Origin: Candidatus Polarisedimenticolia bacterium
GTDB taxonomy: Bacteria; Acidobacteriota; Polarisedimenticolia; Gp22-AA2
Length of the DNA: 64,000 bases
NCBI GenBank assembly: GCA_036001465.1
Contig: DASYUH010000014.1
Span: forward strand, 40,871 to 104,870
Reading direction: 5' to 3'
In this document: in pieces, positions 53,996 through 64,000 of the stretch
Position numbering within the stretch: position 1 is the first letter of the stretch
Layout: each line of letters begins with the position of its first letter
The notes under the pieces: generated by a model
What the model saw: the letters and a program-made list of their open reading frames with translations, nothing else
What the model was told of the DNA's origin: nothing
Database searches by the model: none
Translations under genes and position numbers: made by a program

Positions 53996-55225
53996 TCAGG
54001 CGAGCACCTTCGCGATCCGCTCCAGCGCCCAGTCGACCTCCTCGCGGGTGATCACGAGGGGTGGGGCGAAGCGGATGACCTGGTGGTGGGTCTCCTTGGC
54101 CAGCATGCCCAGCTCCATCAGTTTTTCACAGTAGGGGCGCGCCGTGCCGTGCTCTTCTTTGATCTCGACGCCGATCAGGAGCCCCCGGCCGCGGACCTCC
54201 TTCACCTTGTCGGTGCGGATCGCGCGCAGCCGCTCCATGAAGTAGCCCCCCATCTGCGCCGAGCGCTCGACGAGGCCCTCATCGACCAGGACGTCGAGGG
54301 CGGCCATCGCCACGGCGCACGCGAGCGGGTTGGCGCCGAAGGTCGAGCCGTGATCGCCGGGGCGGAAGAGGCCGAGCGTGGCGCGCTTCCCCAGGACCGC
54401 CGAGACCGGCAGCATCCCGCCGCCGAGCGCCTTGCCGACGATGACCAGGTCCGGGCTCACGCCGTCGTGCTCGTAGCAGAACATCCGGCCGGTCCGCCCG
54501 AAGCCGGTCTGGATCTCGTCGGCGATCAGGAGGACGTCGTTCTTCCGGCAGATCTCCGCCGCCTTCCCCAGGTACCCCTCGGGCGGCATCAGGATCCCGG
54601 CCTCCCCCTGGATCGGCTCGACCAGGAAGCCGATCGTGTTCGGGCCGACCGCCCGCTCCAGCGCCTGGAGGTCGCCGTACGGGATGAGCCGGAAGCCGGG
54701 GGTGAACGGCCCGAAGTCCTCCCGGTACTGGTCCTCCGAAGAGAACCCGACGATCGTCGTGGTGCGGCCGTGGAAGTTGTTCTCGCAGACGATGATCTCG
54801 GCCTGGTCCTTCGGGACCTTCTTGACCTTGTAGCCCCACTTCCGGGCCGTCTTGATCGCCGTCTCGACCGCCTCGGCGCCGCTGTTCATCATGAGCGCCA
54901 TCTCGAGCCCCGCCAGCCGGCAGATCGTCTCGCACAGCGGGCCCATCAGCTCGTTGTGGAAGGCGCGCGACGTCAGGGTGATCCGGTCCGCCTGGTCCTT
55001 CAGCGCCTTCACGATGCGGGGATGCCGATGCCCGTGGTTGAGCGCCGAGTACGCCGACAACATGTCCATGTACCGGTTCCCGTCCGGGTCGTACACCCAC
55101 ACCCCCTCGCCCCGGGTCAGGACGACAGGCAGCGGATGGTAGTTGTGGGCGCTCCAGGTCTCGGCGAGCTCGATGAGCTTGCGGCCCTGTCCCTGGGCCG
55201 TGGTGGTCTTGGATGATGGGGTCAT
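53996..55225 (-). CDS. rocD: Ornithine aminotransferase (class-III PLP aminotransferase)
   Basis: 409 aa; OAT-like motifs ([24 protein letters not shown]), high similarity pattern to ornithine/acetylornithine aminotransferases. Confidence 0.8.
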   Translation of the reverse strand: MTPSSKTTTAQGQGRKLIELAETWSAHNYHPLPVVLTRGEGVWVYDPDGNRYMDMLSAYSALNHGHRHPRIVKALKDQADRITLTSRAFHNELMGPLCETICRLAGLEMALMMNSGAEAVETAIKTARKWGYKVKKVPKDQAEIIVCENNFHGRTTTIVGFSSEDQYREDFGPFTPGFRLIPYGDLQALERAVGPNTIGFLVEPIQGEAGILMPPEGYLGKAAEICRKNDVLLIADEIQTGFGRTGRMFCYEHDGVSPDLVIVGKALGGGMLPVSAVLGKRATLGLFRPGDHGSTFGANPLACAVAMAALDVLVDEGLVERSAQMGGYFMERLRAIRTDKVKEVRGRGLLIGVEIKEEHGTARPYCEKLMELGMLAKETHHQVIRFAPPLVITREEVDWALERIAKVLA

Positions 55226-55290
55226 GAGTTCTCCTCGTGCGGTTTGGAAGGGAGATCATACACCAGCGACCCGCGGGCCAGGGGGGGCTT

Positions 55291-56277
55291 CTAGAGGGGC
55301 AGGCGCGTCCCCAGCCCCCCCGCCACGGCCCGCTCGAGCACGAGAGGCGCGGTCGCCATGTCCTCGATGGCGAGGCCGAGGTTCATGCACAGCAGGCGCT
55401 CGCGGTCCTGGCGGCGGGCGTCCTTGAGGCCGGCGACGACCTCGCCGAGGTCGGCGTAGACGTCCGGGATGCCGCGGAAGTAGACGCCCCCTTCGCGGGT
55501 GTGAAGAAGCTGGGGGATGTCGTCGGTGTAGAAGCGGTCGACGGCGGCCATCGCCTCGGGCTTCCAGTACGAATCGTAGTCGAGCGGGACGCCCAGCGCC
55601 CCTTCCGAGAGCCACCCCGGCTCGATGGCCGGGGTCGGGCGCGTCAGGATCGGGCCGGCGGTGACGACCACGTCGGTGTCGCGCACGGCGTCGCGCGGCG
55701 TGCCGACGGGCCGGAAGCGGATCGTCGGATGCGCCTTCGTCATCTCCTCGCAGTACTGCGCGACCCTGTCGGGGTGGATGTCGTAGGCGCGGACCTCCTG
55801 CAGGGACGGCAGCACCGCGGCCACCGCCTCGAGGTTGGTGCGCGCCTGCACGCCGCAGCCGAGGATGCCGAAGGTCGAGGCGCCGGGGCGCGCCAGGTGC
55901 TTCGCGGCCACGGCGGTGGCGGCGCCGGTGCGCATCGCCGTGATCCAGGTCGCGTCCATCATCGCCTTCGGCAGGCCAGTCTCCGGGTCGTTCAGAATGA
56001 GCAGGCCCGATATATAAGGAAGCCCGAGCTTCTGGTTCCCGGGGAAGCCGCTGACCCACTTCACGCCGGCGGCCCCCAGGGCCGGGATCGAGGCGGGCAT
56101 GGCGTGGATGAAGTTGTCGCTCCCGCGAGGGCCGGGGTGGATCCCCGGCTTGGGAGGCATCTCGACACGCCCCTGCCCCTTCTCGCGGAAGGCGGCCTCG
56201 AGGCGCTCGATGATCGCCTTCATCGGCACGCGCGCCGCCTCGACGTCGCCGCGCGACAGGTACAGGATGTCGGGCAT
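55291..56277 (-). CDS. Ornithine cyclodeaminase / mu-crystallin family protein (paralog 2)
   Basis: 328 aa; Rossmann GILGCGVQA and OCD fold; directly downstream of OAT. Confidence 0.8.
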   Translation of the reverse strand: MPDILYLSRGDVEAARVPMKAIIERLEAAFREKGQGRVEMPPKPGIHPGPRGSDNFIHAMPASIPALGAAGVKWVSGFPGNQKLGLPYISGLLILNDPETGLPKAMMDATWITAMRTGAATAVAAKHLARPGASTFGILGCGVQARTNLEAVAAVLPSLQEVRAYDIHPDRVAQYCEEMTKAHPTIRFRPVGTPRDAVRDTDVVVTAGPILTRPTPAIEPGWLSEGALGVPLDYDSYWKPEAMAAVDRFYTDDIPQLLHTREGGVYFRGIPDVYADLGEVVAGLKDARRQDRERLLCMNLGLAIEDMATAPLVLERAVAGGLGTRLPL

Positions 56278-56343
56278 GGCGGCCCGATTCTATCCGATCG
56301 CAGCGGCGCGGTAGACTGCATGGCATCGAGAAGGAGGACCGTC

Positions 56344-57456
56344 ATGAGCGAGACGAGACAGACCACGCGGGGGGAAGGTGCCGCAGCGGCGGCCAGGCCG
56401 TACGAGGCGAGAGCCTATGCCGCCACGGGCGCAGGCTCGGGGCTCGCGCCGACCACCATAAGGCGCCGCGCCCCGGGGCCGCGGGACGTGCAGATCGACG
56501 TGCTCTTTTGCGGGGTCTGCCACTCGGATCTGCACCAGGTGCGGGGCGAGTGGCAGAACACGATGCCGACGGTCTATCCGTGCGTCCCGGGCCACGAGAT
56601 CGTCGGTCGGGTGTCGAAGGCGGGCGGCGCCGTCCGGAAGTTCAAGGAAGGCGACCTGGCGGCGGTGGGCTGCATGGTCGACTCGTGCCGCGCCTGCCCC
56701 GCATGCCGGGAAGGGCTGGAGCAGCTCTGCGAAAACCAGGCGACCTTCACCTACAACTCCACGGACCAGCACCTCGGGGGCGTCACCTACGGCGGCTACT
56801 CCGAGAGTCTGGTCGTCGACGAGGCCTTCGCGCTTCAGGTATCGGACAGGCTGGGCCCGGCCGGGACGGCGCCCCTCCTGTGTGCGGGCATCACCACCTA
56901 CTCGCCCCTGAGGCAATGGAACGTCCGCAAGGGGCAGAAGGTCGGTGTCGTGGGCCTCGGCGGGCTGGGGCACATGGCCGTGAAGCTCGCCGGCGCGTTC
57001 GGCGCCCGGGTCGTCGTGTTCACCTCCTCGCCCAAAAAGGCGGAGGACGCGGTCCGGCTGGGGGCCCACGACGTGGTGCTCTCCGGGAACGCCGCGGCGA
57101 TGCAGAAGCATCTCGGCAGCTTCGATTTCATCCTGGACACGGTTTCGGCCGTCCACGACGTGAGCGCCTATCTCGAGCTCCTGAAGCGGGAGAGCGCCCT
57201 GACCCTGGTGGGAGCGCCGGAGACTCCGCTGCCGGTGCGTGCGTTCAGTCTGCTGTCCGGCCGGCGCCGGCTCGCGGGCTCGATGATCGGCGGCATCCGG
57301 GAGACCCAGGAGATGCTCGACTTCTGCGCCGATCACGGGATCACGGCCGATGTCGAGGTGATATCCATGCAGACGATCAACGAAGCGTACGACCGGCTGG
57401 AGAAAGGGGACGTGAAGTACCGCTTCGTCGTCGACATGTCCTCCCTGAAGCGCTGA
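56344..57456 (+). CDS. Zn-dependent alcohol dehydrogenase (cinnamyl-ADH/NADP-dependent type)
   Basis: GVCHSD, structural Zn Cys cluster (CRACPACREG..C), Rossmann GVVGLGGLGHMAV. Confidence 0.8.
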   Translation: MSETRQTTRGEGAAAAARPYEARAYAATGAGSGLAPTTIRRRAPGPRDVQIDVLFCGVCHSDLHQVRGEWQNTMPTVYPCVPGHEIVGRVSKAGGAVRKFKEGDLAAVGCMVDSCRACPACREGLEQLCENQATFTYNSTDQHLGGVTYGGYSESLVVDEAFALQVSDRLGPAGTAPLLCAGITTYSPLRQWNVRKGQKVGVVGLGGLGHMAVKLAGAFGARVVVFTSSPKKAEDAVRLGAHDVVLSGNAAAMQKHLGSFDFILDTVSAVHDVSAYLELLKRESALTLVGAPETPLPVRAFSLLSGRRRLAGSMIGGIRETQEMLDFCADHGITADVEVISMQTINEAYDRLEKGDVKYRFVVDMSSLKR

Positions 57457-57503
57457 CGGGCCGGCTCCGCGTCGCCACCGGCGGCCGCAGCGAACAATCG
57501 GTC

Positions 57504-57550
57504 CTTGACAACCGGCCCGCTTGTCCATATATACTGCAAACCGATATATC
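57504..57550 (+). promoter_or_regulatory. Promoter-like TTGACA-17-TATATA with downstream palindrome CGATATATCG (candidate PadR site)
   Basis: ttgaca 57504-09, tatata 57527-32, palindrome 57541-50; PadR ATG at 57574 with GGAGG RBS. Confidence 0.4.
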
Positions 57551-57573
57551 GTGTCACCAAGTTGGAGGCGCGG

Positions 57574-57906
57574 ATGTTCAGTCGCGAGCTGAAGAAGGGG
57601 AGCACGGAGCTGCTGATCCTGTCGCTGCTCGAGACCGGGCCGCGGCACGGCTACGACATCGGCAAGATGATCGAGCGCCGGTCGCGCGGGAAGCTCCTGC
57701 TGCGGATCGCCTCGCTCTATCCGATGTTGTGCCGGCTCGAGAGCCGCGGTCTCATCCGGGGGCGCTGGCTGGAACGGCCCGGAGAGCGGCGCCGCCGGTT
57801 CTACCGGCTCACCCCCGACGGCCGGCGCGTCCTCCTGCAGGAGCGGGTGACCTGGAGGGAATTCATGGCGGCGGTCAATCGCGTGGTGGGACGCGGCCAT
57901 GCCTGA
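57574..57906 (+). CDS. PadR-family transcriptional regulator (second copy)
   Basis: MFSRELKKGSTELLILSLLETGPRHGYDIGK...ASLYPMLCRLESRGLI; paired with ADOP. Confidence 0.85.
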   Translation: MFSRELKKGSTELLILSLLETGPRHGYDIGKMIERRSRGKLLLRIASLYPMLCRLESRGLIRGRWLERPGERRRRFYRLTPDGRRVLLQERVTWREFMAAVNRVVGRGHA

Positions 57907-60640
57907 TTGGCAGGCGTACGTCCGGGAACGGCTGCGCCTGCCGGACCTGCGTCCGGAGCGGGAAGCCGAGATCGTCGAGGCCGTCGCGCAGCACATGGAA
58001 GATCTCCATCGGGGCGCCATGGAGCGCGGCGCCTCCTCGGAGGAGGCGGAGGCCGCGGCGAAGCGCGAGGTCCGGGACTGGCAGGCGCTGGCGCGCGACA
58101 TCGCCCGATCGGACACCCTCAGCCGCCATGGCCTCGATCAGCGCGTCCTGGACGGACTGGAGAGCGCGGGTTCGCGCGGCGCGGGCGGCTCCGTGGCGGC
58201 CAGGCAGGGGGCCCGAGCGACGGCCGGCCTGATCGCCTCGCAGCTCGCGGCCGACGTGCTCCATGCGATCCGCCTGCTGTTCAAGAACCCCGGCTTCACG
58301 GCGGCGGTCCTGATCACGCTGGGGCTCGGGATCGGGGCGAATGCGGCGGTGTTCACCATCCTCAACGCGGTGCTGCTGCGGCCGCTGCCCTACGCCGAGC
58401 CGGGGCGGCTGGTGCGCATCTGGGAGAGCAACCCGCAGCGCGGCTGGCCGACCTTCTCCGGCTCGCAGCCGAACTTCCTCGACTGGCGCGCCCAGAGCGT
58501 CTCGTTCGAACGGCTCGCGGCCTCGACCACCCGCCCGCTCAACCTGACCGGCGGCGGCGAGGCGGAACGCATCCCGGGCATGGCGGTCACGCACGATTTC
58601 TTTCCGATGCTCGGGGTGCGTCCGGAGATGGGGCGCGGCTTCCTGCCGGAGGAGGACGCGACGGGCCACGGGGAGCGCGTCGTCCTGATGACCCACGGTC
58701 TGTGGCAGCGGCGCTTCGGCGGCGACCCGGGGATCGTCGGGCGGACGATCCTGCTGAACGACGCGCCGCACACCGTGATCGGCATCGTGCCGGAGTTCTA
58801 CTGGCGGCCCTACGAGCTGTTCGTGCCGCTGCGGCCCGATCCCGCCGAGGATCGCAGCGATCACCGGCTGTCGGTCTACGGCAGGCTGAAGCCGGGTGTC
58901 GCCCCGCAGCAGGCGCAGGCCGAGCTGGCCGGCGTCGCGGAGCGCCTGGCGCGCCAGTACCCCGCTTCGAACGGCGGCTGGACCGTGACCCTGAGCTCCT
59001 TCTACGACTGGATCGTTCCGGCAGAGTCGCGCCGCGGGCTGTACGTGCTTCTGGGCGCGGTGGCGCTGGTCCTCCTGATCGCCTGCGCCAACGTCGCCAG
59101 CCTCCTCCTGGCGCGGGCCGCGGGGCGCCGCCGGGAGATCGCCATCCGCGCGGCGCTCGGCGCCAGCCGCGCGCGCCTGGTGCGCCAGCTCCTCGCCGAA
59201 TCGCTCCTGCTCGGGGCGCTGGGTGGCGGGCTCGGGCTGCTTCTGGCGCAGTGGGGAATCGACGTCCTGGGCGTGGCGGGAGGCATGGCGGTGCCGCGGG
59301 CCGACGAGATCTCCCTCGACCACCGCGTGCTCCTGTTCACGCTCGGCCTGTCCCTCCTCACCGGGCTCCTGTTCGGGCTCGCGCCGGCGCTGCAGGCGAC
59401 GCGCGTCGACTTCCACGCCACGCTGAAAGAGGGGGCGGCCGGAGGGGTCACGCGCCAGCGGGCGCGCAGCGCGCTGGTCGTCGCCGAGGTGGCGCTCTCG
59501 CTGGTCCTCCTGGTCGGCGTGGGGCTCCTGCTGCGAAGTCTCGCGGCGCTGCTCGACGCGCCCCCCGGCTTCGACACGAAGAACCTCCTGACCGCCAGCA
59601 TCAACCTCCCCGGCACCAGGTATCCGTCGGAGAAGGAGTTTCTCGCGTTCCACGACCGGCTGCGCGAGCGCCTGAGCGGGATGCAGGGGGTCGTCTCGGT
59701 GTCGGAAACGAGCGGCCTGCCGATGGACGGCAACATGACGGCGATGGAGGTGCACGTGGACGGCGCGCCGGTCCCGGCGGACGGCCAGCATCCCTCGGCG
59801 CAGTGGCGTCTGGTCTCCCCCGGCTACTTCCGCACGATGGGGATCGCGATCCGCCGCGGGCGGGACCTGAACGAGCAGGACCTCGACCCGAAGACGCGGG
59901 CCCTTCGCGGCGCCGTGATCAGCGAGACGCTGGCCCGGCGGTGCTGGCCCGACCAGGATCCGATCGGCCGCCCGTTCCGTCCCTGGAGCGCGTCCAACCC
60001 GCCGGTCACCGTCGTCGGCGTGGCGGACGACGTCCGTCTCTACGCGCTCGACGAGACGCCGTACTCCGCCGTGTATCTGAACCTCAACGCGGGGACCTGG
60101 AACCCCATGCAGATCGCGGTGCGCACCGCCGGCGATCCGCGGGCGTTCGCCGCCGTCCTGCGCGGCGAGGTGCGAACGCTCGACCCCGGGGTGCCGGTCG
60201 CGCAGGTCCTCACGATGGACGAGCTGATCGGGCAGTCGACCGCCCCCCGCCGGTTCACCATGACGCTGCTCGCGATCTTCGCGGCGGTGGCGCTGCTCCT
60301 CGCGGGCGTGGGACTGTTCGGCCTGATGGCGTTCCTCGTGGCGCAGGGGACCCACGACATCGGAATCCGCATGGCGCTCGGCGCCCGCCGGCGCGACATC
60401 TTCGGCCTGGTCGTCGGGCGCGGCATGGTCCTGACGTCCCTCGGCATCGCCGCCGGGGTCGTCGGCGCCCTGGCGCTGACCCGGCTGATGAGCAGCATGC
60501 TGTTCGGCGTGGGGGCGCGCGACCCGCTGACCCTGACGGTGACGGTGCTGGTCCTGGGGCTCGTGGCCCTGGCGGCGTGCCTCATCCCGGCCCGCCGGGC
60601 CGGGCGCGTCGATCCGATGGTCGCGCTGCGCTGCGAGTAG
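57899..60640 (+). CDS. Duplicated FtsX/MacB-type permease (ADOP, second copy)
   Basis: 913 aa; same two-module MacB/FtsX architecture as 44913..47579 (shared motifs, e.g. LLKNPGFTAAVLITLGLGIGANAAVFT, GIRMALGA). Confidence 0.85.
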   Translation: MPDWQAYVRERLRLPDLRPEREAEIVEAVAQHMEDLHRGAMERGASSEEAEAAAKREVRDWQALARDIARSDTLSRHGLDQRVLDGLESAGSRGAGGSVAARQGARATAGLIASQLAADVLHAIRLLFKNPGFTAAVLITLGLGIGANAAVFTILNAVLLRPLPYAEPGRLVRIWESNPQRGWPTFSGSQPNFLDWRAQSVSFERLAASTTRPLNLTGGGEAERIPGMAVTHDFFPMLGVRPEMGRGFLPEEDATGHGERVVLMTHGLWQRRFGGDPGIVGRTILLNDAPHTVIGIVPEFYWRPYELFVPLRPDPAEDRSDHRLSVYGRLKPGVAPQQAQAELAGVAERLARQYPASNGGWTVTLSSFYDWIVPAESRRGLYVLLGAVALVLLIACANVASLLLARAAGRRREIAIRAALGASRARLVRQLLAESLLLGALGGGLGLLLAQWGIDVLGVAGGMAVPRADEISLDHRVLLFTLGLSLLTGLLFGLAPALQATRVDFHATLKEGAAGGVTRQRARSALVVAEVALSLVLLVGVGLLLRSLAALLDAPPGFDTKNLLTASINLPGTRYPSEKEFLAFHDRLRERLSGMQGVVSVSETSGLPMDGNMTAMEVHVDGAPVPADGQHPSAQWRLVSPGYFRTMGIAIRRGRDLNEQDLDPKTRALRGAVISETLARRCWPDQDPIGRPFRPWSASNPPVTVVGVADDVRLYALDETPYSAVYLNLNAGTWNPMQIAVRTAGDPRAFAAVLRGEVRTLDPGVPVAQVLTMDELIGQSTAPRRFTMTLLAIFAAVALLLAGVGLFGLMAFLVAQGTHDIGIRMALGARRRDIFGLVVGRGMVLTSLGIAAGVVGALALTRLMSSMLFGVGARDPLTLTVTVLVLGLVALAACLIPARRAGRVDPMVALRCE

Positions 60641-60688
60641 GGCCCGAATCCCGGCGGGGCCGCCGTCGGCGGCGGCGTCAGCCGCGCG

Positions 60689-61273
60689 TCAATTCCCCAG
60701 CCTGAGGCGGACCCAGTCGGTCCCGTTGAAGAAGAGGGCCACGCCGGGCGACCCGAAGTGACCGACGCCGACCCCCTGGAACGCGCTCACGTAATTCGAG
60801 GTCCAGCCCTTGGAGTCCCCCGGACGATCGGCCAGGCGATCCTGGTACTTTCCCGGCGGGACGATGTCGACGTAGTTCCTGCCGGGAGCGTCCTGCCCCA
60901 GTTTCAGCAGCTCCTGGAACGTCCACCCCTTGTCCGCGGTCGCGCGCGCCGCCACGAGGAGAGGCGGCTTTCCCGGTGAGACCAGGAGAAACGCGAAGTC
61001 CTTGGCGTTCCTTCCGTCGAAATTTCCGTTGGCGACCCCCAGGCACGGGCCCCCCTTGTGATTCTTCTTCTCCGCCTTCACGACGTCGGCCGAGTAGTCG
61101 CCCGCCTGGATCAGCCGGTAGGACGGGAAGATGCTCGAGATCTGCCCGCTCAGCGACTCCGGCACCGCCCGCAGGCACGCGTCCTCCTGGGCGTCCCCTG
61201 CGACCAGCGGGCCCGTCGCGGCGGCAATCATGCCCACGAGACTCACGACCGCTGCAATCCTCGTGATGTTCAT
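60689..61273 (-). CDS. Secreted hypothetical protein
   Basis: Internal ATG 61273 (MNITRIAAVVSLVGMIAAATGPLVAG signal peptide); no domain recognised. Confidence 0.45.
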   Translation of the reverse strand: MNITRIAAVVSLVGMIAAATGPLVAGDAQEDACLRAVPESLSGQISSIFPSYRLIQAGDYSADVVKAEKKNHKGGPCLGVANGNFDGRNAKDFAFLLVSPGKPPLLVAARATADKGWTFQELLKLGQDAPGRNYVDIVPPGKYQDRLADRPGDSKGWTSNYVSAFQGVGVGHFGSPGVALFFNGTDWVRLRLGN

Positions 61274-61360
61274 TTCGTCCTCCGCCGGGCTCAAGACCGC
61301 CCTTCGGAGCAATTTAGTGCCCGGATCCTGCGTTTGCACGGGCAGCGGGGGCCCCACACT

Positions 61361-62440
61361 TCAGGCGCCGTCGCGCGCGACGCGGCGCAGCCCCTCGGCG
61401 CCGCCGGGCGGCGGATCGAGGGTGCGGATCGGATAGGGGACGACGATCCCCTCCTGGCGGTAGCGCGGCACCAGGCGCTTCACGAACTCGTGGCGGACGA
61501 GGGGCATGGACTCGAAGTTCTGCGCCCGCAGAGTCACCTGGAGGTGGATGGCCCAGTCTCCGACGTCCAGGAACCGCAGGGACGGCTCCGTCCCGGGCAC
61601 TCCCCCGGGGACCGATCGCAGGACGTCCCGGGCGACCTCCAGCGTCACGCGCTCGACCTTGTCGAGATCGCTCTCGAAGTGGACCCCCGCCTGGATGATC
61701 ACGTTGATCGCCCGGTCCGGGAGGTCGTAATTGATGATCGCCGCGCCGGCCAGCTTCGAGTTCGGGATCACCAGCATGTTGTTGTTCAGCATCCGGATCC
61801 AGGTGCTGCGCCATCCCACCTTCGTCACGTACCCCTCCTCGCCGGTCGGCAGCTTCACCAGGTGCCCCGGCTCGATCGGCTTGTCGGCGATCATGTAGAC
61901 GCCGGCGAACAGGTTGGCGAGCGTGTCCTGAAGGGCCAGCGCCACCGCCAGGCTGCCGACGCCGAGCGAAGCCAGGATCGGGGTGATCGAGATGCCGATG
62001 CTGTCCAGGAAGATCAGGAGACCGATCCCGACGATGACGGCGCGAATCCCCGCCTGGATGAGGCCGCGCGCCCCCTGCAGGACGGGCGATCCGGCCGCCA
62101 GCCGGTCGAGGGCGCCGCGCGCGGCGCGATCGACGAAGAGCACGAGCGCCAGGGCGATGGAGAAGGCGAGCAGGACGTCGAAGGCGCGGTCCCCTTCCGG
62201 CTCGAGAGGCAGGATCCGGCCGAAGACCAGGAGGCCGCTCGCCAGGATGGCGATCAGGAGCGGCGTCGAGAGGGCCTGGACGAGGACGTCGTCCCAGGTC
62301 CAGCGGGTCCGCGCCGCGACCCGGCGCATCGCCCCGAGGACGATCGTCTTGACGATGAGGAAGACCCCGATCCAGAGGACGAGGGCGGCGGGCGCCAGCA
62401 CCCACGGTGAGGAGCCCCAGGCGCGCATCGCCTCAGTCAT
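61361..62440 (-). CDS. mscS: Small-conductance mechanosensitive channel (MscS family)
   Basis: 3 TM helices, then the MscS β-domain (DKPIEPGHLVKLPTGEEGYVTKVGWRSTWIRMLNNNMLVIPNSKL). Confidence 0.8.
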   Translation of the reverse strand: MTEAMRAWGSSPWVLAPAALVLWIGVFLIVKTIVLGAMRRVAARTRWTWDDVLVQALSTPLLIAILASGLLVFGRILPLEPEGDRAFDVLLAFSIALALVLFVDRAARGALDRLAAGSPVLQGARGLIQAGIRAVIVGIGLLIFLDSIGISITPILASLGVGSLAVALALQDTLANLFAGVYMIADKPIEPGHLVKLPTGEEGYVTKVGWRSTWIRMLNNNMLVIPNSKLAGAAIINYDLPDRAINVIIQAGVHFESDLDKVERVTLEVARDVLRSVPGGVPGTEPSLRFLDVGDWAIHLQVTLRAQNFESMPLVRHEFVKRLVPRYRQEGIVVPYPIRTLDPPPGGAEGLRRVARDGA

Positions 62441-63695
62441 AGAGATGGAAGGCGCGGGACTCGCGCTGGAAGTCGGCGATCTCCTTCCGCCAGGCCCGCT
62501 CGATCACCCGCAGATCGGTCCCCAGCTCGAGCGCCTGGCGCACCGCGGGATCGCCGGTCAGGACGTCGATCGGCAGGCGATCGGTGACGTATTCGTAGGG
62601 GGGCTGCTTCCATTCGAAGCGATCGCGGTGCACGGCGATGATGTCCTGGAGCAGGGCGAGCGTCGTGAAGTAGGGCCGGTACAGGGCCGGGTCGGTCACC
62701 TGGATCTGGAACCCCTGGCAGACCTCCTTCGCCCACTTGTGAAAGGTCGGCTCGAACGCATGATCGCGCAGGACGAATCCGGGGAGCCGCTTCTTCTCGA
62801 ACCGCCGCCGCACGGCCCGGATGTCGAGCCAGGGGGCGCCGAAGATCTCGAACGGCCGGGTGGTGCCGCGCCCCTCCGAGAGGTTCGTGCCTTCCAGGAG
62901 GACCTGGCCCGGGTAGACCACGGCCGTGTCGAAGGTCGGCATGTTGGGCGACGGCAGCACCCAGGGCAGGCCGGTGTCCGGGAAGAGCATCCGCCTGCGC
63001 CAGCCGGCCATCGGCACGATGGTCAGGTCGCAGAGGCCGGGGCAGCGCCAGCCGACGCCGTCGCCGCGCTTCACCGGGCGGGCGCGGGGGGCGCCGTCCG
63101 CCATCCGGGCGTTGACCAGGGCGGCGAGCTCCCCCAGGGTCAGGGCGTGCCGCATAGGCACCGGATAGAGGCCGACGAAGGAGGTGTATCCGGGCCGGAT
63201 CAGGTTCCCCTCGACCGCGGTGCCGCCGATCGGGTTGGGGCGGTCGAGAATCACCACCTCGCGCCCCGCCCTGGCGCAGGCCTCGAGCGCCAGCGCCGTG
63301 GTCCATTCGAAGGTGTAGACGCGCGTCCCGACATCCTGCAGGTCGACCAGGAGCACGTCGATCCCCTGCAGCATCTTGGGAGTGGGGGCGCGGGTCTCGG
63401 AATAGAGGCTGTGGAGGGGAATGCCGAGCGTCGCGTCCCGGCCGTGGCCGGACTCGATCATGTTGTCCTGCTTCTCCCCCGCGATGCCGTGCTGGGGGCC
63501 GAACAGCGCCTTCAGACTGCCGCCGCACAGGTCGTGGATCACCGCTCTCGCCGAGGCGAACCGGGAGGTCACGGAGGCGGGGTGCATGAGGAGGCCGACA
63601 CGCCGACCGCGCAGCCAGCGGGGCCGTGCCTGCTTCAGGACTTCCAGGCCGGTCTGGACGCGAGGCGGCCGGTTTTTCGCCTGCGAGTGTGCCAA
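62433..63695 (-). CDS. DUF1343-domain protein (NamZ-like exo-β-N-acetylmuramidase family)
   Basis: 420 aa; DUF1343 signature regions (GLLMHPASV, LFGPQHGI, VDLQDVGTRVYTF, NMPTFDTAVVYPGQVLLEGTNLSEGRGTTRPFE). Confidence 0.7.
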   Translation of the reverse strand: MAHSQAKNRPPRVQTGLEVLKQARPRWLRGRRVGLLMHPASVTSRFASARAVIHDLCGGSLKALFGPQHGIAGEKQDNMIESGHGRDATLGIPLHSLYSETRAPTPKMLQGIDVLLVDLQDVGTRVYTFEWTTALALEACARAGREVVILDRPNPIGGTAVEGNLIRPGYTSFVGLYPVPMRHALTLGELAALVNARMADGAPRARPVKRGDGVGWRCPGLCDLTIVPMAGWRRRMLFPDTGLPWVLPSPNMPTFDTAVVYPGQVLLEGTNLSEGRGTTRPFEIFGAPWLDIRAVRRRFEKKRLPGFVLRDHAFEPTFHKWAKEVCQGFQIQVTDPALYRPYFTTLALLQDIIAVHRDRFEWKQPPYEYVTDRLPIDVLTGDPAVRQALELGTDLRVIERAWRKEIADFQRESRAFHLYD

Positions 63696-63947
63696 GCGGG
63701 TCCTCTCTTTCTCCCGCGGGATGGGGCCCTTCGGGCCCCCGGATCCCCGAACGGCGGGAGCCTAGCACACCCCGTCGGGTGGATAGGATCTCTCCACTGG
63801 ATCAGTTAGAATGGCGCCTCCTTTCGGACAGGCTCCTCGATCACGAAACTTCAGGGAACCGGGGGCGGGGCCCTTCCGTTACACGGTTCGTCGGCATGAG
63901 TTTCCCTTCTCCCGGACGTATCTGACCTGGCAGGTTTGGAGAGACAG

Positions 63948-64000
63948 ATGACCCCGATATCCCGACGCAAGCGATTCCTGATCGTCTCCGGCATCCTGGT
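63948..64000 (+). CDS. 5' end of an unidentified gene (MTPISRRKRFLIVSGIL...), runs off window end
   Basis: ATG 63948 followed by a hydrophobic stretch; too short to assign. Confidence 0.25.
   Translation, partial: MTPISRRKRFLIVSGIL

Noticed and set aside
63672-63695. TTGGCAC...GC string resembling a σ54 -24/-12 element
   Set aside because: It is the coding start of the DUF1343 gene (tTG GCA CAC TCG = MAHS) and GG-GC spacing is off by one.
63724-63741. Perfect 7-bp GC hairpin with UUCG tetraloop (GGGGCCC-TTCG-GGGCCCC)
   Set aside because: Lies in the 5' leader region of the DUF1343 gene on the opposite strand, with no T-tract or convergent gene. Probably an incidental GC palindrome.
1-64000. 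tRNA/rRNA genes, CRISPR arrays, transposases/integrases
   Set aside because: No T-loop/anticodon-arm-like tRNA structure, no rRNA-like region, no regularly spaced short direct repeats and no transposase/integrase-like ORF were found on reading through.

Overview
High-GC (~68-70%) bacterial chromosomal segment, most likely from an Acidobacterium. The pointer to that phylum is two PadR-type regulator / duplicated FtsX-type 'ADOP' permease gene pairs.

The window is gene-dense and mostly housekeeping:
- 1-5.7 kb: a long minus-strand run gpmI'-lapB-dksA-σ54 EBP-rsfS-obg-rpmA-rplU.
- 5.7-7.8 kb: mglBA (Ras-like GTPase and roadblock GAP) with ykgJ.
- Amino-acid metabolism throughout: two ornithine cyclodeaminase paralogs, ornithine aminotransferase, two class-III/PLP aminotransferases, an M20 peptidase, mmsA and a second aldehyde dehydrogenase.
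- 15.2-17.2 kb: an ars island, arsR - arsI-like glyoxalase - aquaglyceroporin aqpS - arsC, with overlapping start/stop codons.
- Two two-component systems. One is an NtrC-type σ54 system sitting directly upstream of a membrane multiheme c-type cytochrome-TPR fusion gene and a CRTAC1/ASPIC-UnbV gene.
- crcB plus a DUF190 fluoride module, a MauE/DoxX-thioredoxin pair, mscS and a DUF1343 (NamZ-like) gene.

No rRNA, tRNA, CRISPR array, transposase or integrase was found.

Most notable observations:
(i) A typical 2-Cys peroxiredoxin gene carries an in-frame TGA exactly at the peroxidatic-Cys codon, with a perfect 8-bp hairpin 12 nt downstream. This looks like a selenocysteine peroxiredoxin (PrxU-like) with a bacterial SECIS element.
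(ii) A large intergenic region (37.2-37.6 kb) holds two tandem, related, very long perfect inverted repeats: a 30-bp stem with a 62-nt loop and a 21-bp stem with a 75-nt loop. This is a MITE/REP-like element or a structured RNA.
(iii) A stand-alone HExxH-motif protein of the family linked to peptide β-hydroxylation lies convergent to a CRTAC1 ORF that has no stop codon before overlapping it by ~450 nt.
(iv) Unusual fusions: cyclophilin-TonB_C, a DCC thiol-disulfide oxidoreductase joined to a lipoprotein-like domain, and multiheme cytochrome-TPR.

Many long alternative-frame ORFs in the supplied track are high-GC artefacts and were not called.
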